64,000 nt of DNA, from the NCBI GenBank assembly GCA_038087875.1, contig CM075987.1:24740001-24804000 (forward strand), written 5' to 3'. Shown piece by piece: positions 37,078-49,686 of this stretch. Each line of letters starts with the position of its first letter. The stretch's first letter is position 1. The translations under genes were made by a program, and so were the position numbers. This stretch comes from Malacoraja senta. Taxonomy: Eukaryota. The notes under the pieces were generated by a model. It was not told the origin of the DNA, did not search any database, and worked only from the letters and a program-made list of their open reading frames with translations.

Positions 37078-40000
37078 TATATGAAATATATTGATATTTA
37101 GAATATATCAAAATCACTTAAGAATCCTCTCATAAACAAAATACCGCAGACGCTGGAAATCCGAAATAAATCAAGGAAACGTGGGAAAAAGATCCCGAGT
37201 GCGGGCTGAAGGTTCAGTTTATGTACTGGATGTCTCCGTGAATCTCACAGAAACCCTAAGCTTTTTACACAATTGTCGACAGCATTTCCAAGAACAGGTG
37301 AGAGACATCTGTGTTGCTGTGAAACTGAAAGGTATATAGAGAAAATGATGGAAAGTCTTAATAGGTTAGACAGCATCTGTGGAAAGAGAAACTGAATTAA
37401 TGTTTCAGGTTAAAGACTAGGAAAGAGAAAATAAGTTAGATTTAAGTTGCTGAGGGGGTTTCATATAGCAACAAGACCAAAGGAGGACAGCAGATTTCCT
37501 TCTCTGAAAGGAGGCCACAGAAGGCAGTGGAGGCCAATTCACGATGTATTCAAGAGTTCGATATGGCTCTTAGGGCTAATGGAATCAAGGGATATGGGGA
37601 GAAAGCAGGAATGGGGTAATGATTCTGGATGATCAGTCATGATCATTTCAAATGACAATTCTGGCTCGAGGGGCCAAATGGCCTACTCCTGCATCTACTT
37701 TCTATGTTTCTATGAGGTGACTGGATTAGATAGGCTTTTGTGACATGGGACTGTTGTGAAAATCCTGGGGCAAGCTTTAGAATTTATTGACCCGTGTGGG
37801 TTTTCTCAGAGATTTTCAGATGTACAGGTTTGTAGATTAATTGGCTTGGTGTAAATGTAAAAAAAAAAAAAAAGTGAAATTGTCCCCAGTGCGTGTAGGG
37901 CAGTGTTAACGTCCGGGGATCGCGGGTCACTGCGGACCGAAGGGCCTGTTTTCCGCGCTGTATCTCTAAGCTAAACGAACATGAATAAACTGTGGTGGCG
38001 AGATTGGTCTTGCTTTGCATTGGGCCTGAGGTTTTAATAAACGGAAATAATTTCATCCTTGGGTGATGTTGTAAAACGAGCAATATGCACTGCGCTGTTT
38101 TCGAAGAGTAATAGAAAGAAAGGCTGGTTCAATGTCACCTGTTCCACTCTGTCGCCAATGCCATTGCAGGGTAATTATCAGACTAATCTTCTGAATATCT
38201 ATCAGCTAATCACAGGGCAATCTATTCTTACCACTTGTCTGCACCCTCATCAGAAGCTCTTTAAAATCCAAGTGACATCTGACAGGGGACCAGCTAATTC
38301 CAGCATTTTATCAATATCGACGACATTAACATCACAACGTTGCAGCTTCGGAGCACAGTTATGAGTTCTTCAATCCTTCAAATCCCTACAGATTCTCTAC
38401 TGGTTTCCACGTACCACCACGTACTACCAGGTAGAAAATGTAACCCTAGAATTTGAGAAAGGATGGTGTGAGAAAATGTGAATGTACAGACTAATTCTAT
38501 GGGAAAAAGGACACTTGGAAAATAACAATCAATCAATCGAAGACTATTGTCATTCAGAAATACACCAACAAATGCAAGTATGAACGATATTTCGTTGCAT
38601 CTGGCTCCCCGTGCAACATAAAACAAAAGGATAAAATAGATTAAAAAATAAAATGGATAAAAAGATAAAATATATAATAGTGTCGGCACATTACATGGAT
38701 ACCACCACGATTTGTCAGATTCGTACTTGCAAGTCAATGGATTTTTTTTTCCAAGCAGAGATAGATACAGATTCTTGATTAGTACGGGTGTCAGGGGTTA
38801 GGGGGAGAAGGCGGGAGAACAGGGTTAAGAGGGAGCGATAGATCAGCCACGATTGAATGGTGGAGTAGACTTGATGGGCCAGTTGGCCCAATTCTGCTCC
38901 TATCACTTATGAACTTAGTTTATATTCATGAAAGAGAGATCGTGGTTGACAGGTCTGTCGGCGGTTGAGGAGAGACTTGACAGGAAGTTTATAAAGTTAT
39001 GAGAGGCGTAGAGAGGGTAGACAGTCAGAACCTTCCCCCACCCCGCGTGGAAATGTTCAACTTTGGAGGGCATAGCTATAAAATGAGGGAGGGAAAAGTT
39101 TAATGGAGATGCACGATCATACATTTTTTATTATTATTTTTTTTTTTAACACACAGAGAGTGGTAGGGGTCTGGAACACGCTGCCAGGGGTGGTGGTGGA
39201 GGCAGATATGATTGTGACGTTGTAAGAGGCTTTTAGATAGGCACATGGAAGTGCAGGGAGTAGAGGGATATGAATCATGTACAGGCAGATGAGATCAATG
39301 TAACTAGGCATCGTGTTCGACACAAACATTTTAATCTATTTAAATGCTTGTAAGTTCTATCGATGCCACATGAAATTATCTCCGCAGTAGGGCCTTGTTC
39401 CGCAAGCCTTCCCAATTAATTCTTTCGTTTAGTTTAGAGATACAGCGCAGAAACAGGTCCTTCGGCCCACCGAGTCGGCGCCGACCAGCGATCCCCGCAC
39501 ATTAACACTATCCTACGCCCACTCGGGACAATATTTACATTTACCAAGCCAATTAACCTACATACAAACCTGTACGTCTTTGGAGTGCGGGAGGAAACTG
39601 AAGATCTCGGAGAAAACCCCACGCAGGTCACGGGGAGAACGTGCGAACTCCGTGAAGACAGCATCCGTAGTCGGGATCGAATCCGGGTCTCCGGCGCTGC
39701 ATTCGCTGTAAGGCAGCAACTCTACTCTGCTTGCCACATATGTCTTTGATCTGATCTCAATATTCTCACCAGAAATGGACTACAAAACTTACTGGTAGTG
39801 GATAAAAAAAGTCATTCGATTAGCACAATCCTAATATCTCTCAGATAATGTCTAGAACCCCCTAGTGGGCGGCACAGTGGCACAGCAATAGAGTTGTTGC
39901 CTTACAGCGCCAGAGACCCGGTTCGGTCCCGGCTACAGGTACTGTCTTTACGGAGTTTTGTACGTTCTTCCCCTGTGTGTTTTTCCTCAGTGAGCTCCGG

Positions 40001-43000
40001 ATTCCTCCCGCACTCCAAAGACGTACAGGTTAGTTGGTTAATAGGCTTGGTGTAATTGTAAAATGGCCCGTGTGTGCGCGCCTGCGTGTTGGATAGTGGT
40101 AGTGTGCGGGGATCGCTGGTTGACGTGGACTCGGTGGGCCAAAGAGCCCGTTTCCATGCTGTATCTCTAAACTAAAGTAAATTAAAAATGATGCATTAAA
40201 AGTCAATATCAGTTAAAACTCTCCAAGTTTATTCACATTTTTAACATAAGAACAAGGCTCCAGCCAGTCTCGACTTGAGACTTTCAGTATCTTCACATTC
40301 TGCTATCAGATCTGGGCCTCATCCCCCAGGAAAGTACAATTTATATATGATCATACGGTGCACAACCATAGTTTATGTCTGTTCTTTGGTATGGTTGCCA
40401 ATGACAATATTATTTAAGAAGCCGTACATGTCAACAAACCTGCATCTTTTAAAACCAGCCTCCCCTCCATTGACTCCATTTATACCTCACGCTGCCTCGG
40501 CAAGGCCAGCAGCATTGTCCATGACGAGTCGCACCCTGACCAATCCGTCTTCTCCCCTCTCCCTTCAGGCAAATAGGCATAGAAGTGTGAAAACGCACAC
40601 CTCCAGATTCAGGGACAGTTTCTTCCCAGCTGATGTCAAGCAAATGAATCATCCCACCACAACCAGAGAGCAGTGCTGAACTGTCTATCTCATTGTTGAT
40701 TCTTGTTCGGAGTTTACTGGCTTTACCTTGCATTAAACTTGTGTATCTATCCACTGTAAATGGCTCGATTGTAATCATGTGTAGTCTTTCCGCTGACTGG
40801 ATAGCACGCAACAAAAGCTTTTCACTGTACCTCGGTACACATGACAATAAACTAAACTGAAAACACTTAACCTCAAGTTTTACCATTCTTTCTCTCTGCA
40901 AACACATTATTTTGCCATCTGATGTTTAAGAAAGAACTGCAGATGCTGGAAAAATCAAAGGTAGACAAGAATGCTGGAGAAACTCAGCGGTTGAGGCAGA
41001 ATCTATGGAGCGAAGGAATAGGCGATGTTTCGGGTCGAGACCCTTCTTCAGACTTTGCTATCAGAACTCATTTATACCAGATGATTCAATGGTGATAGAT
41101 AACAGAAGCAGGCCCTTCAGTCCATTGTATCTGTGCTGACCAACAGACACCCATTTGGACTAGAAATTGAATGGGCTGGATTTTGGGAGCAGTCGCGAAT
41201 GAATATTAGAATAAACAAACATTCAAAACCAAGGAGAGAAAAAAAGTTCAAAGAGCAAGATGGTAAAAGTAAGTAAGTAAATCGGCCAAGTATTCACATA
41301 CAAGGATTTTGCCTTGGTGCTCCGCCCGCAAGTAACAACATGACTTTAGTGACAGTTATAAATGACTCAGAAAACACTAACATTAATAATAATAAAACAT
41401 CAATGATAAAACACCATTGATCAAGCATGTGAACCAACAAAATACTAGATCAAAGGGAGGCTACAGATTTTTGGCTGTTGAGTAGAGCAACTACTCGTGG
41501 ATAAAAACTGTTTTTATGTCTGTGGCAGCTCAAACTTCTTTGATTATTCCTTCAAGATGATTAGTTTTAGTTATTAGTTTAGAGATACAGTTCAGAAACC
41601 AAGTCCACACCCACTGGCGATCCCCACACACTAACACTGCCCGACACACACCAGGAACAACTCACACTAACACCAAGCCAATTAACCTACAAACCTGTAC
41701 GTCGTTGGAGTGTGGGATAAAACCAGAGATCCTGGAGAAAACCCACGCAGGTCATGGGGAGAATGTACAAGCTACGTTTCTGATAATCACCCGTAGTCAG
41801 TAAATAAAATATATTATATATAGATAATAATAAATATAATTATAATATGTCATAATAATACATTAATCCCACCTGACTGCATTTGGCCCATATCCCTCTA
41901 AATCTTTCCAATCCATATACCTGTCCAAATATCTTTTAAATGTTGTGATAGTTTGCAACACTCTCAGGGAAAAATGAATCCCGAGGTTAATAATTCAAAA
42001 TGATCAATATAAAAAGGTTATTACTACAATCAATTTCCTGTATTTCATTAACTCTGTCTCAACACTCTTTCTTACTCACTATTAAACTTAATACACATTT
42101 TCTTGTTGAATTTTACTTAAAATTGTGAATGGTGGTGCTGGCTCAAAGGGCCGAATGTCCTACTCCTGCACCTATTGTCTATTGAAAGGTAATTTAGCCG
42201 CACACACAATTAAATGTGAATTTGGCAAAACTATTAAAACTAGCAGGACATTGGTACAAGTTGGCAGCCAACACTCTTTGCCATCACAGTATTTGGATAC
42301 TGTATTCTTGCTATTGAGGGAGTGCAGCGCAGGTTTACAAGGTTAATTCCCAGGATGGCGGTACTGTCATATGCTGAGAGAATGGAGCAGCTGGGCTGGT
42401 ACACTCTGGAGTTTAGTCCATCATCGGCTCTGACCTCCCTTCCATCGAGGGGATCTACCACAGTCGCTGCCTCAAAAAGGCTGGCAGCATCATCAAGGAC
42501 CCACACCATCCTGGCCACACACTCATCTCCCTACTACCTTCAGGTAGAAGGTACAGGAGCCTGAAGACTGCAACGACCAGGTTCAGGAACAGCTACTTCC
42601 CCACAGCCATCAGGCTATTAAACCTGGCTCGGACATAACACTGAACTTTACTAGCCAATACTGTTATGTGCACTTTATCAGTATATTGACCATTGTGTAT
42701 ATATTTATAGAATGCCTTGTAGTAAATGCCTACTATGTTCTGTTGTGCTCAAGCAAAGCAAGAATTTCATTGTCCTACCAGGGACACATGACAATAAACT
42801 CACTTGACTTGACTTGATATCTCATTGAAACATATAAGATTGTTAAGGGTTTGGACACGCTAGAGGCAGGAAACATGTTCCCGATGTTGGGGGAGTCCAG
42901 AACCAGGGGCCACAGTTTAAGAATAAGTGGTAAGCCATTTAGAACGGAGACGAGGAAACACTTTTTCTCACAGAGAGTGGTGAATGGCCTACTCCTGCAC

Positions 43001-43234
43001 CTATTGTCTTCCATATTGTGGATTCCATATCTCTCTCCCATATTGTGTTTTTGATTTTTGTTTTTGGATTGAATTCTGTCTTTAATTTGTGTACTGGTGA
43101 TGTCTTTACTATTTATTTAATTCCGCTTACATGTTTCTACACTATTTGTTAAACTATGTAAGGTGTCCTTGAGACTCTTGAAAGTCGCCCATAAATAAAA
43201 TTTATTATTATTGATACATTGGACTCGGGATACA

Positions 43235-43800
43235 TTTCACCCCGTGTGCGCACGCGCGCTCCCTGCGGGGGCCAGGGGTGGGGGGGGGGGTTGTGTACCA
43301 GGTTCATCTTGATGGACAGGAGGGGCAGCCAATGGCGGCACGGCTTTGGGGGGGCGGGACGTCGGGCGCGACGTCGGAGGGGGAGGGGGAGGGGGACGAC
43401 GACGTGACGTCGAGGTGGAGGACGAGGACGACGAGACGTCGAAGGGGGAGGGGGAGGGGGAGGGGGACGACGACGTGACGTCGAGGTGGAGGACGAGGAC
43501 GACGTGACGTCGAAGGGGGAGGGGGAGGGGGGACGACGACGTGACGTCGAGGTGGAGGACGAGGACGACGTGACGTCGGAGGGGGAGGGGAGGGGGACGA
43601 CGACGTGACGTCGAGGGGGAGGACGAGGACGACGTGACGTGACGTGACGTGACGTGACGTGAGGCGTGAGGCGGCGCGGGCCCCGGGGATCCAGCCTTGT
43701 CCCGGGGACTGGACCTTTTGCTGGTGAGGCACGCGGGCCTGCAAGCGCTTGCATCTGCTAACTCCCCGCCGCACCGCTCTTGCAATGCACCGTCGCGCTG
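43235..43800 (+). promoter_or_regulatory. CpG island, putative TRIM32 promoter and non-coding exon 1
   Basis: Abrupt CpG-dense block about 3 kb upstream of the TRIM32 coding exon. It contains an NRF1-like GTGCGCACGCGC (~43245), AGCCAATGGCGG (CCAAT plus YY1-like, ~43327), a GC box GGGGCGGGA (~43351) and many TGACGT motifs. Candidate GTGAGG donors lie at 43659, 43666 and 43724. Confidence 0.7.
43376..43660. repeat. GC-rich minisatellite, 4 units of about 64-71 bp, ending in (GACGT)6
   Basis: The unit (GGGGGA)n-CGACGACGTGACGTCGAGGTGGAGGACGAGGACGACGTGACGTCG is repeated four times; the last copy expands into GACGT x6 at 43631-43660. Confidence 0.9.
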
Positions 43801-45819
43801 TGGGGTGGGGGTGTGATGGGGGGAAGTGCATCGGCCTCTTGCAGTAATGCAGGCCGAAGGTTGCATTAGTGCAGCTTGAAGCTTGCAATCCCTCCGCGGC
43901 GCGGCTCTGGGGAGGGAAATGCCTCGCTCCTCTCTCTTGCATTAATGCAACCCGGAGGTTGCAATCCCACTCGGCGGACACAGAATGCCGGAGTAACTCG
44001 AAGGCAGTTCGAAGTTTGCATTAATGCAGCCTGGAGGTTGCAACCCCCACTGCTAGTCCCCCGGGACCGGACCTTGCTGCTGGGGCACCCGGTTTGCAAG
44101 CGCTTGCATCTGCTAACACTACACAGACACTTCCTTCTTACAGACAGACAGGAGCAAAGATACTAACTAGCTCCTCTAGTATCTTTGGACAGGAGGGGGG
44201 ATCCATCGGCCTCTTGCAACAATACAGCCACAAGGTTGCAATCCCACTGCGGACCTTGCTGGTGAATCACTCGGCCTACAAAAGCGTCCCTCTTGCAGAA
44301 GTGCTGGGGGGGGGGGAGGAATGCATCAGCCTCTTGCTATAATGCAGCCTGAATGTTGCAATCGCGGTGCCTACCTGCAGTCCTCGCTTGCATGTCTAAA
44401 TGCAACCTCATCGACCGAATTGTACTGCTATTATTCGCTTCATCCTTCTGCAAAATTGCCACAATCGGAAATTCGTTGTGGTTGAGGCCTGGTGCATCCT
44501 TGGTTGGGGATTTAATTGAATGTGCAGCTGCTGTATATAATCTGATTGCCTTTGCTCAGTTGCACGTGGGGAGTTGACTGGGCAGTTCAAGTTATCTCAG
44601 GGCATCACATTGCACCGAAGTGTCCCTTCGGCCCACCCAGTGTGGATGCCACCATCATGTCTGCCCCCCCCCCAGTAATTATTCCCTCACTGCTCCCCCT
44701 TCTGTGATTCATAAATTCGTACGTTACTGGAGCAGAATTAGGCCATTCGGCCCATCGAGTCTATTCTGCCATTCAATCATGGCCGATCTATCTTTGCCAC
44801 TCAACCCCATTCTCCTGCCTTCTCTCCGCAACCCCTGACAACTGTACTGATGACTGGTAAAGAGAAACATGCTGTTCCTTTAGGGTCATTTCCCATTTGG
44901 AAACTAGTGTTGCCGCTTGGCTTATGTCAACCTATTAAGGGGCCTTTCTGATTATCTCCAATGTCAGGCAACTGCACCATACAAATTCTCTGGATGCTTT
45001 CAAGAGAGATCAGTCATGATCACAATGAATGGCGGTGCTGGCTCGAAGGGCCTACTCCTGCACCTATTGTCTATCGCCTATCCATTCCCTGCATTGATGC
45101 CGCCAGACCTGCCAGAGGCTGAGAGGAGACCTGATAGAAGTGTGTAAAATTATGAGAGGCTCAGATAGGGTAAACATTTTTCTCAGGGTGGAACTGTGAA
45201 AGACCAGTGAGCATAGCTTTGAGATGAGAGGGGCAACATTTAAGAAACATTTAGACAGGTACGTGGATAGGACAGGTTTAGAGGGATATGGGGCAAATGC
45301 AGGCAGGTGGGACTAGTAGTGTAGGTGGGGCACATATGGGCAAGTTTGGCTGACGGGCCTGTTTAGAAACATAAAATTGGTGCAGGAGTAGGCCATTTGG
45401 CCCTTCGAGCCAGCACCGCCATTCAATATGATCAGGGCTGATCGTCCTGAATCAGTACCCCGTTCCTGCTTTCTCCCCATATCCATTGATTCCATTAGCC
45501 CTCAGAGGGCTTTAGATTGTGTGCAGGCAGATGAGATTAGATTAGTAGCTCATCGGGTGGCATGGGGGAGCAGCTGCTGCCTTACAGCGCCAGAGACCTG
45601 CGTTCCATCCTGACTACGGGTGCAGTCTGCATTAAGTTTGTACTTTCACCCTGTGACCTGCGTGGGTTTTCTCCGGATGCTCCAGTTTCCTCCCGCACTC
45701 AAAAGACGTGCAGGTTTGTAGGTTAATTGGCTTGGATAAGAATTGTAAATTTTCCTGGGTGTGTGTAGGATAGTGCTGGTGTATTGAGATCGCTGATCGG
45801 TGTGGACTGAAAAAGGTCT

Positions 45820-46305
45820 GTCTAGAGTCATAGAGTGGTACAGTGTGAAAACAGGTCCTTCGGCCCAACTCGCCCACACCGGCCAACAATATCCCAGCTA
45901 CACTGCGCTTGGTCCATATCCCTCCAAACCTGTCCTATCCATGTACCTGTCCAACCGTTTATTAAACGATGGGATAGTCCCAGCCTCAACTACCTCCTCT
46001 GGCAGCTTGTTCCCATACACCTACCACCCTCTGTGTGAAAAAGTTACCCCTCGGATTCCTATTAAATCTTTTCCCCTTCACCTTGAACCTATGTCCTCTG
46101 GTCCTCGATTCCCCTACTCTGGGTAAAAGACTCTGTGCATCTACCCGATCTATTCCTCTCACGATTTTGTACACCTCTATAAGATCTCCCCTCTTCCTCC
46201 TGCACTCCATGGAATGGAGACCCAGCCTACTCAACTTCTCCCTATAGCACACACCCTCTAGTCCTGGCAACATCCTCGTAAATCTTTCCTGAACCCTTTC
46301 AAGCT
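45820..46305 (-). mobile_element. CR1 LINE 3' fragment (SINE-partner tail type) in the presumptive TRIM32 intron
   Basis: ORF 45986-46273 (MLPGLEG..RRKRGDLIEVYKIVRGIDRV..RTRGH); the tail GGGCCGAAGGACCTGTTT resembles the SINE 3' ends. Confidence 0.85.
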
Positions 46306-46580
46306 TGAAGAAAAATATTTGTCTTCCATTTGCTGGAGTTTCTGTACTCCATCTCTAAACTAAACTAGTTTGGCATTATATTCATCATGGATATGATCCT
46401 GAGAGAGTGCTGTTTTTTTTCTATGACCGAAGATAGACACAAAATGGTTGAGTAACACAGTGGGACAGGCAGTATCCCTGGAGAGAAGGAATGGGTGATG
46501 TTTCGGGTCAAGACCATTCTATGACCTGCAGGATTAGTGCTTTACTCAGCATCTCCAGTTCCTTGTGTAGCTGAAATATT

Positions 46581-46607
46581 ATTTTTTTGCTCCTCTACTG
46601 CCGATAG
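46581..46607 (+). other. Splice acceptor of the TRIM32 coding exon
   Basis: Polypyrimidine tract atttttttgctcctctactg followed by ...gatAG at 46606-46607, 26 nt upstream of the ATG. Confidence 0.7.
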
Positions 46608-46633
46608 GTGAGGGAGCTGCCCGAGCCGTGGCC

Positions 46634-48574
46634 ATGGCAACCAGCCTGGATGCGGAAATTGTTCGGGAGTTGCTGGAATGCCCCATCTGCATGGAGACCT
46701 ATGACCAGGCCGCGATCAGGCCCAAACTGTTGCAGTGCGGACACACCGCATGCAGGCAGTGCCTGGAGAAGCTCATCGCGGACAGCATCAACGGCGTGCG
46801 CTGCCCCTTCTGCAGCAGGGTGACGCGGATGAGCAGCCTGTCCCAGCTCGCGGACAACCTGACCGTGCTGAAGATCATCGACTCGGCCAGCCTGAGCGAG
46901 GCGGTGCGGGCGGTCATGTGCAGGGGCTGCCGCAGGAGGCAGCCGCGCAGCTTCTGCCAGCGGTGCGGCGTGGCGGTGTGCCAGGCCTGCGCGGACGCCC
47001 AGCACCGGGCCCGGGGCCACCCGGTGGCGACGGCGCGGGCGGCGGCCGAGAGGCGGCGCGGGGAGGTGGCGGCCAGGCTGGCCGGGCTGCGGGAGGCGCA
47101 GGCTGGCCTGCGGCGGCGCAAGGCGGCCGTGGACGCCCTGGCCAAGAGCGCACAGGCCGGCTACCGAATCGTGCAGCAGGACTACACCCGTGCCGAGCGG
47201 CAGCTGCAGGAGGAGCTGGCCAAGTCGCGACGGGCCTTCACCTCTGCCCTGTCGGAGGTGGAGCGGATGAACGGCCAGGTTCTGGAGGAGCAGGCCTACC
47301 TGATTGACATCGCCGAGGTACAGATCATCTCTCGGTGTGACTACCTCAGCACCAAAATCAAACAGGCGGACACCGCCCTCCTTGAAGAAGACATCGATGA
47401 GGAAGACCCTGACATGACCAGCGGCCTGTCTACGCTGTTGACCTTGCAACAACTCGAGCTGGTTAAACGGGAGCACCTGGAACCCATTGAAGTTGGCCAA
47501 GTGGAATCCAAGCTGTACACCGTCTCCATTGAAGAAACTCTGGCGGAGATGCCCACCACCTCCGAGCCGGCGCAAGGCGTGGACTCCACCGAGGATACGG
47601 CCAGCTTCTCAATGCCGGCCTCCCCCCCCAAACGCAGGGCGCACGAAGGTCTGGCCTCCGGGCCTCATCCGAGCTGCCAGCTCTTGAAGAAGATTGGTTC
47701 GCACGGCAACCTGCCGGGGATGTTCCACCTGCCGGTGAGCCTGTGCGTCTCGCCACAGGGCGAGGTGCTGGTGGCGGACCGAGGCAACTTCAGGCTGCAG
47801 GTCTTCAACAGGAAGGGCTTCGCCAGGGAGATCCGCAGGAGCCCGAACGGCATCGACAACTTTGCCCTCATCTTATTCGGGGCCGAGCTGCCCAACCTGG
47901 TCCCCCTCTCGGTGGCGGTGAACAGCGGCGGGCTGATCGGCGTCACCGACCACCACGACAACTCGGTGAAGGTGTACACCTCGGCGGGCCAGTGCGTGGC
48001 GTGCCACCGGAACCAGCTGACCAAGCCCTGGGGCATCGCGGCCATGCCCTCGGGGCAGTTTGTGGTGACGGATGTGGAGGGCGGCAAGCTGTGGTGCCTG
48101 ACGGTGGACCGGCACGCCGGCGTGGTGGACTACTCCCGGCTCTGCAGCGCCGTGCGGCCCAAGTTCGTGACCTGCGACGCCGCGGGCACCGTCTACTTCA
48201 CCCAGGGCCTGGGCCTGAGCCTGGAGAGCGGGCAGAACCAGCACCACCTGGAGGGCGGCTTCTCCATCGGCTCGGTCAGTGCCGAGGGGCAGCTCCGCCG
48301 GCAGTTCAGCCACTTCTTCGCCGAGAACGAGGACTTCCGCTGCATCGCGGGCATGTGCGTGGACGGGGCCGGCAACCTCCTCGTCGCCGACAGCGGCCGC
48401 AAGGAGGTCCTGCTCTTCCCCAAAGAGGGCGGGTTCGTCAGCCTGTTGCGGGAAGGCCTGGTGTGCCCGGTCGGTGTTGCCGTGTCGGCCAAGGGGCAGC
48501 TCCTAGTGCTGGACTGCTGGGACCACTGCATCAAAATCTACACCTATCCCCCGAGGCAGCAGATGGTGAATTGA
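46634..48574 (+). CDS. TRIM32: E3 ubiquitin ligase TRIM32 (RING, B-box, coiled-coil, NHL repeats), single coding exon, 646 aa
   Basis: The ORF track starts at GTG 46628; the real start is probably ATG 46634 in a strong Kozak context (GCCATGG). RING: CPICM...CGHTACRQC...CPFC. B-box: CRGC...CQRC...CQAC...H...H. NHL repeats include [56 protein letters not shown] and [12 protein letters not shown], which closely match remembered vertebrate TRIM32. It is nested antisense in an ASTN2 intron, as in other vertebrates. Confidence 0.97.
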   Translation: MATSLDAEIVRELLECPICMETYDQAAIRPKLLQCGHTACRQCLEKLIADSINGVRCPFCSRVTRMSSLSQLADNLTVLKIIDSASLSEAVRAVMCRGCRRRQPRSFCQRCGVAVCQACADAQHRARGHPVATARAAAERRRGEVAARLAGLREAQAGLRRRKAAVDALAKSAQAGYRIVQQDYTRAERQLQEELAKSRRAFTSALSEVERMNGQVLEEQAYLIDIAEVQIISRCDYLSTKIKQADTALLEEDIDEEDPDMTSGLSTLLTLQQLELVKREHLEPIEVGQVESKLYTVSIEETLAEMPTTSEPAQGVDSTEDTASFSMPASPPKRRAHEGLASGPHPSCQLLKKIGSHGNLPGMFHLPVSLCVSPQGEVLVADRGNFRLQVFNRKGFAREIRRSPNGIDNFALILFGAELPNLVPLSVAVNSGGLIGVTDHHDNSVKVYTSAGQCVACHRNQLTKPWGIAAMPSGQFVVTDVEGGKLWCLTVDRHAGVVDYSRLCSAVRPKFVTCDAAGTVYFTQGLGLSLESGQNQHHLEGGFSIGSVSAEGQLRRQFSHFFAENEDFRCIAGMCVDGAGNLLVADSGRKEVLLFPKEGGFVSLLREGLVCPVGVAVSAKGQLLVLDCWDHCIKIYTYPPRQQMVN

Positions 48575-49231
48575 CCCCATGAATGGGAAGTCCCGACAAA
48601 CCGCGTGTGCGTGTGTGTGTGTGTGCAAGAAGGATTCGCAGATGCTTTAAACCGTAGACAAAAAAACGAGTACCTCAGCTGGTCAGGCAGTATCTGTGGG
48701 GAAAAGGAATAGGTGATGTTTCGGGTCGGAACCCTTTCTCAGACAGGAATCTTCAGACAGCATATCTTTATTTCATTTTTTTCTTTTCTTTTTTAATTTA
48801 ATTTATTTTATTTTATTTTTTATTTTTATTTTTTGTATTTTTGCTTTTTGTATTTCTCTCTTGTTTCCCTCTCCCCTTTGACCCCCTCTGTTTGAAGAAA
48901 GGCCTCGACCCGAAACGTCACCTATTCCTATTCTCCATTGATGCTGCCTGGCCCGCTGAGTTAACTCCAGCTTTTTGTGTCTCATCTTCAGCCCACAAAC
49001 CCTTCCCGACACCAAGCTTATTCCCACCAGCAGAACAATCGACCATTTCAAATCTCTGTGGTTAGAGTAACTAATCAAACTCAGACCATGAAGTGAATTG
49101 TGTAGGAAAGAACTGCAGGTGCTGGTTTCAATCGAAGACAGACACAAAATGCTGGAGTAACTCGGCGGGACAGGCAGCATCTCCGGAGAGAAGGAAATGG
49201 GTGACGTTTCGGGTCAAGAACCTTTTTCAGT

Positions 49232-49259
49232 CTGAAGAAGAGTCTCGACCCGAAACGTC
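49232..49259 (+). ncRNA. Hammerhead motif in the presumptive TRIM32 3' UTR
   Basis: CTGAAGAAGAGTCTCGACCCGAAACGTC: core intact, one mismatch in stem II. Confidence 0.5.
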
Positions 49260-49435
49260 ACCCATTCCTTCTCTCCAGAGATGCTGCCTCACCTACTGAG
49301 TTACTCCATGAAGTGAACTCTTGTGCATGCTGGAATGCCTAGTTAAATCAACCACTATGATTGTGTATAACAGGACCCTTGATTTGCAGTTTATACAAAC
49401 TTACGTTTTCCTTGGTTTACAGTGAGTGCCACTTT

Positions 49436-49686
49436 AATAAAAGATTTTGTGGGGGAAAAAACCTTGGAATATTATGCCACGTTCTGGAACTATATAGATA
49501 ATTTCAAAAAATAGTCACAAAAAATGTTTTCGTTTTCATCCCTTGAATAGTCTGAAGCACAGAAAAGGTGATTAATTGTGTTCGACCGAGGCTTGTTTGG
49601 AGGCTGTTGCTTCGGTTTAAGTTCATGTGGGGTTTTGTAATTTGCGTTAAAAATGATCAGGAAAAATGGAATGTCTTACAAATAAA
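49436..49686 (+). other. Candidate TRIM32 polyadenylation signals
   Basis: AATAAA at 49436-49441 and 49681-49686, in unique AT-rich sequence downstream of the stop codon. Confidence 0.45.

Noticed and set aside
43376..43660. CRISPR-like repeat-spacer appearance
   Set aside because: The intervening segments are themselves repeated rather than unique, the context is eukaryotic, and no cas genes are present.
43149..43981. Three overlapping 200+ aa minus-strand ORFs rich in Pro/Ser/Arg
   Set aside because: They arise from the GC-rich minisatellite and CpG island; no domain is recognisable.
46595..48582. Alternative-frame and antisense ORFs overlapping TRIM32 (326 aa, 279 aa and others)
   Set aside because: Expected shadow ORFs of a GC-rich coding exon.
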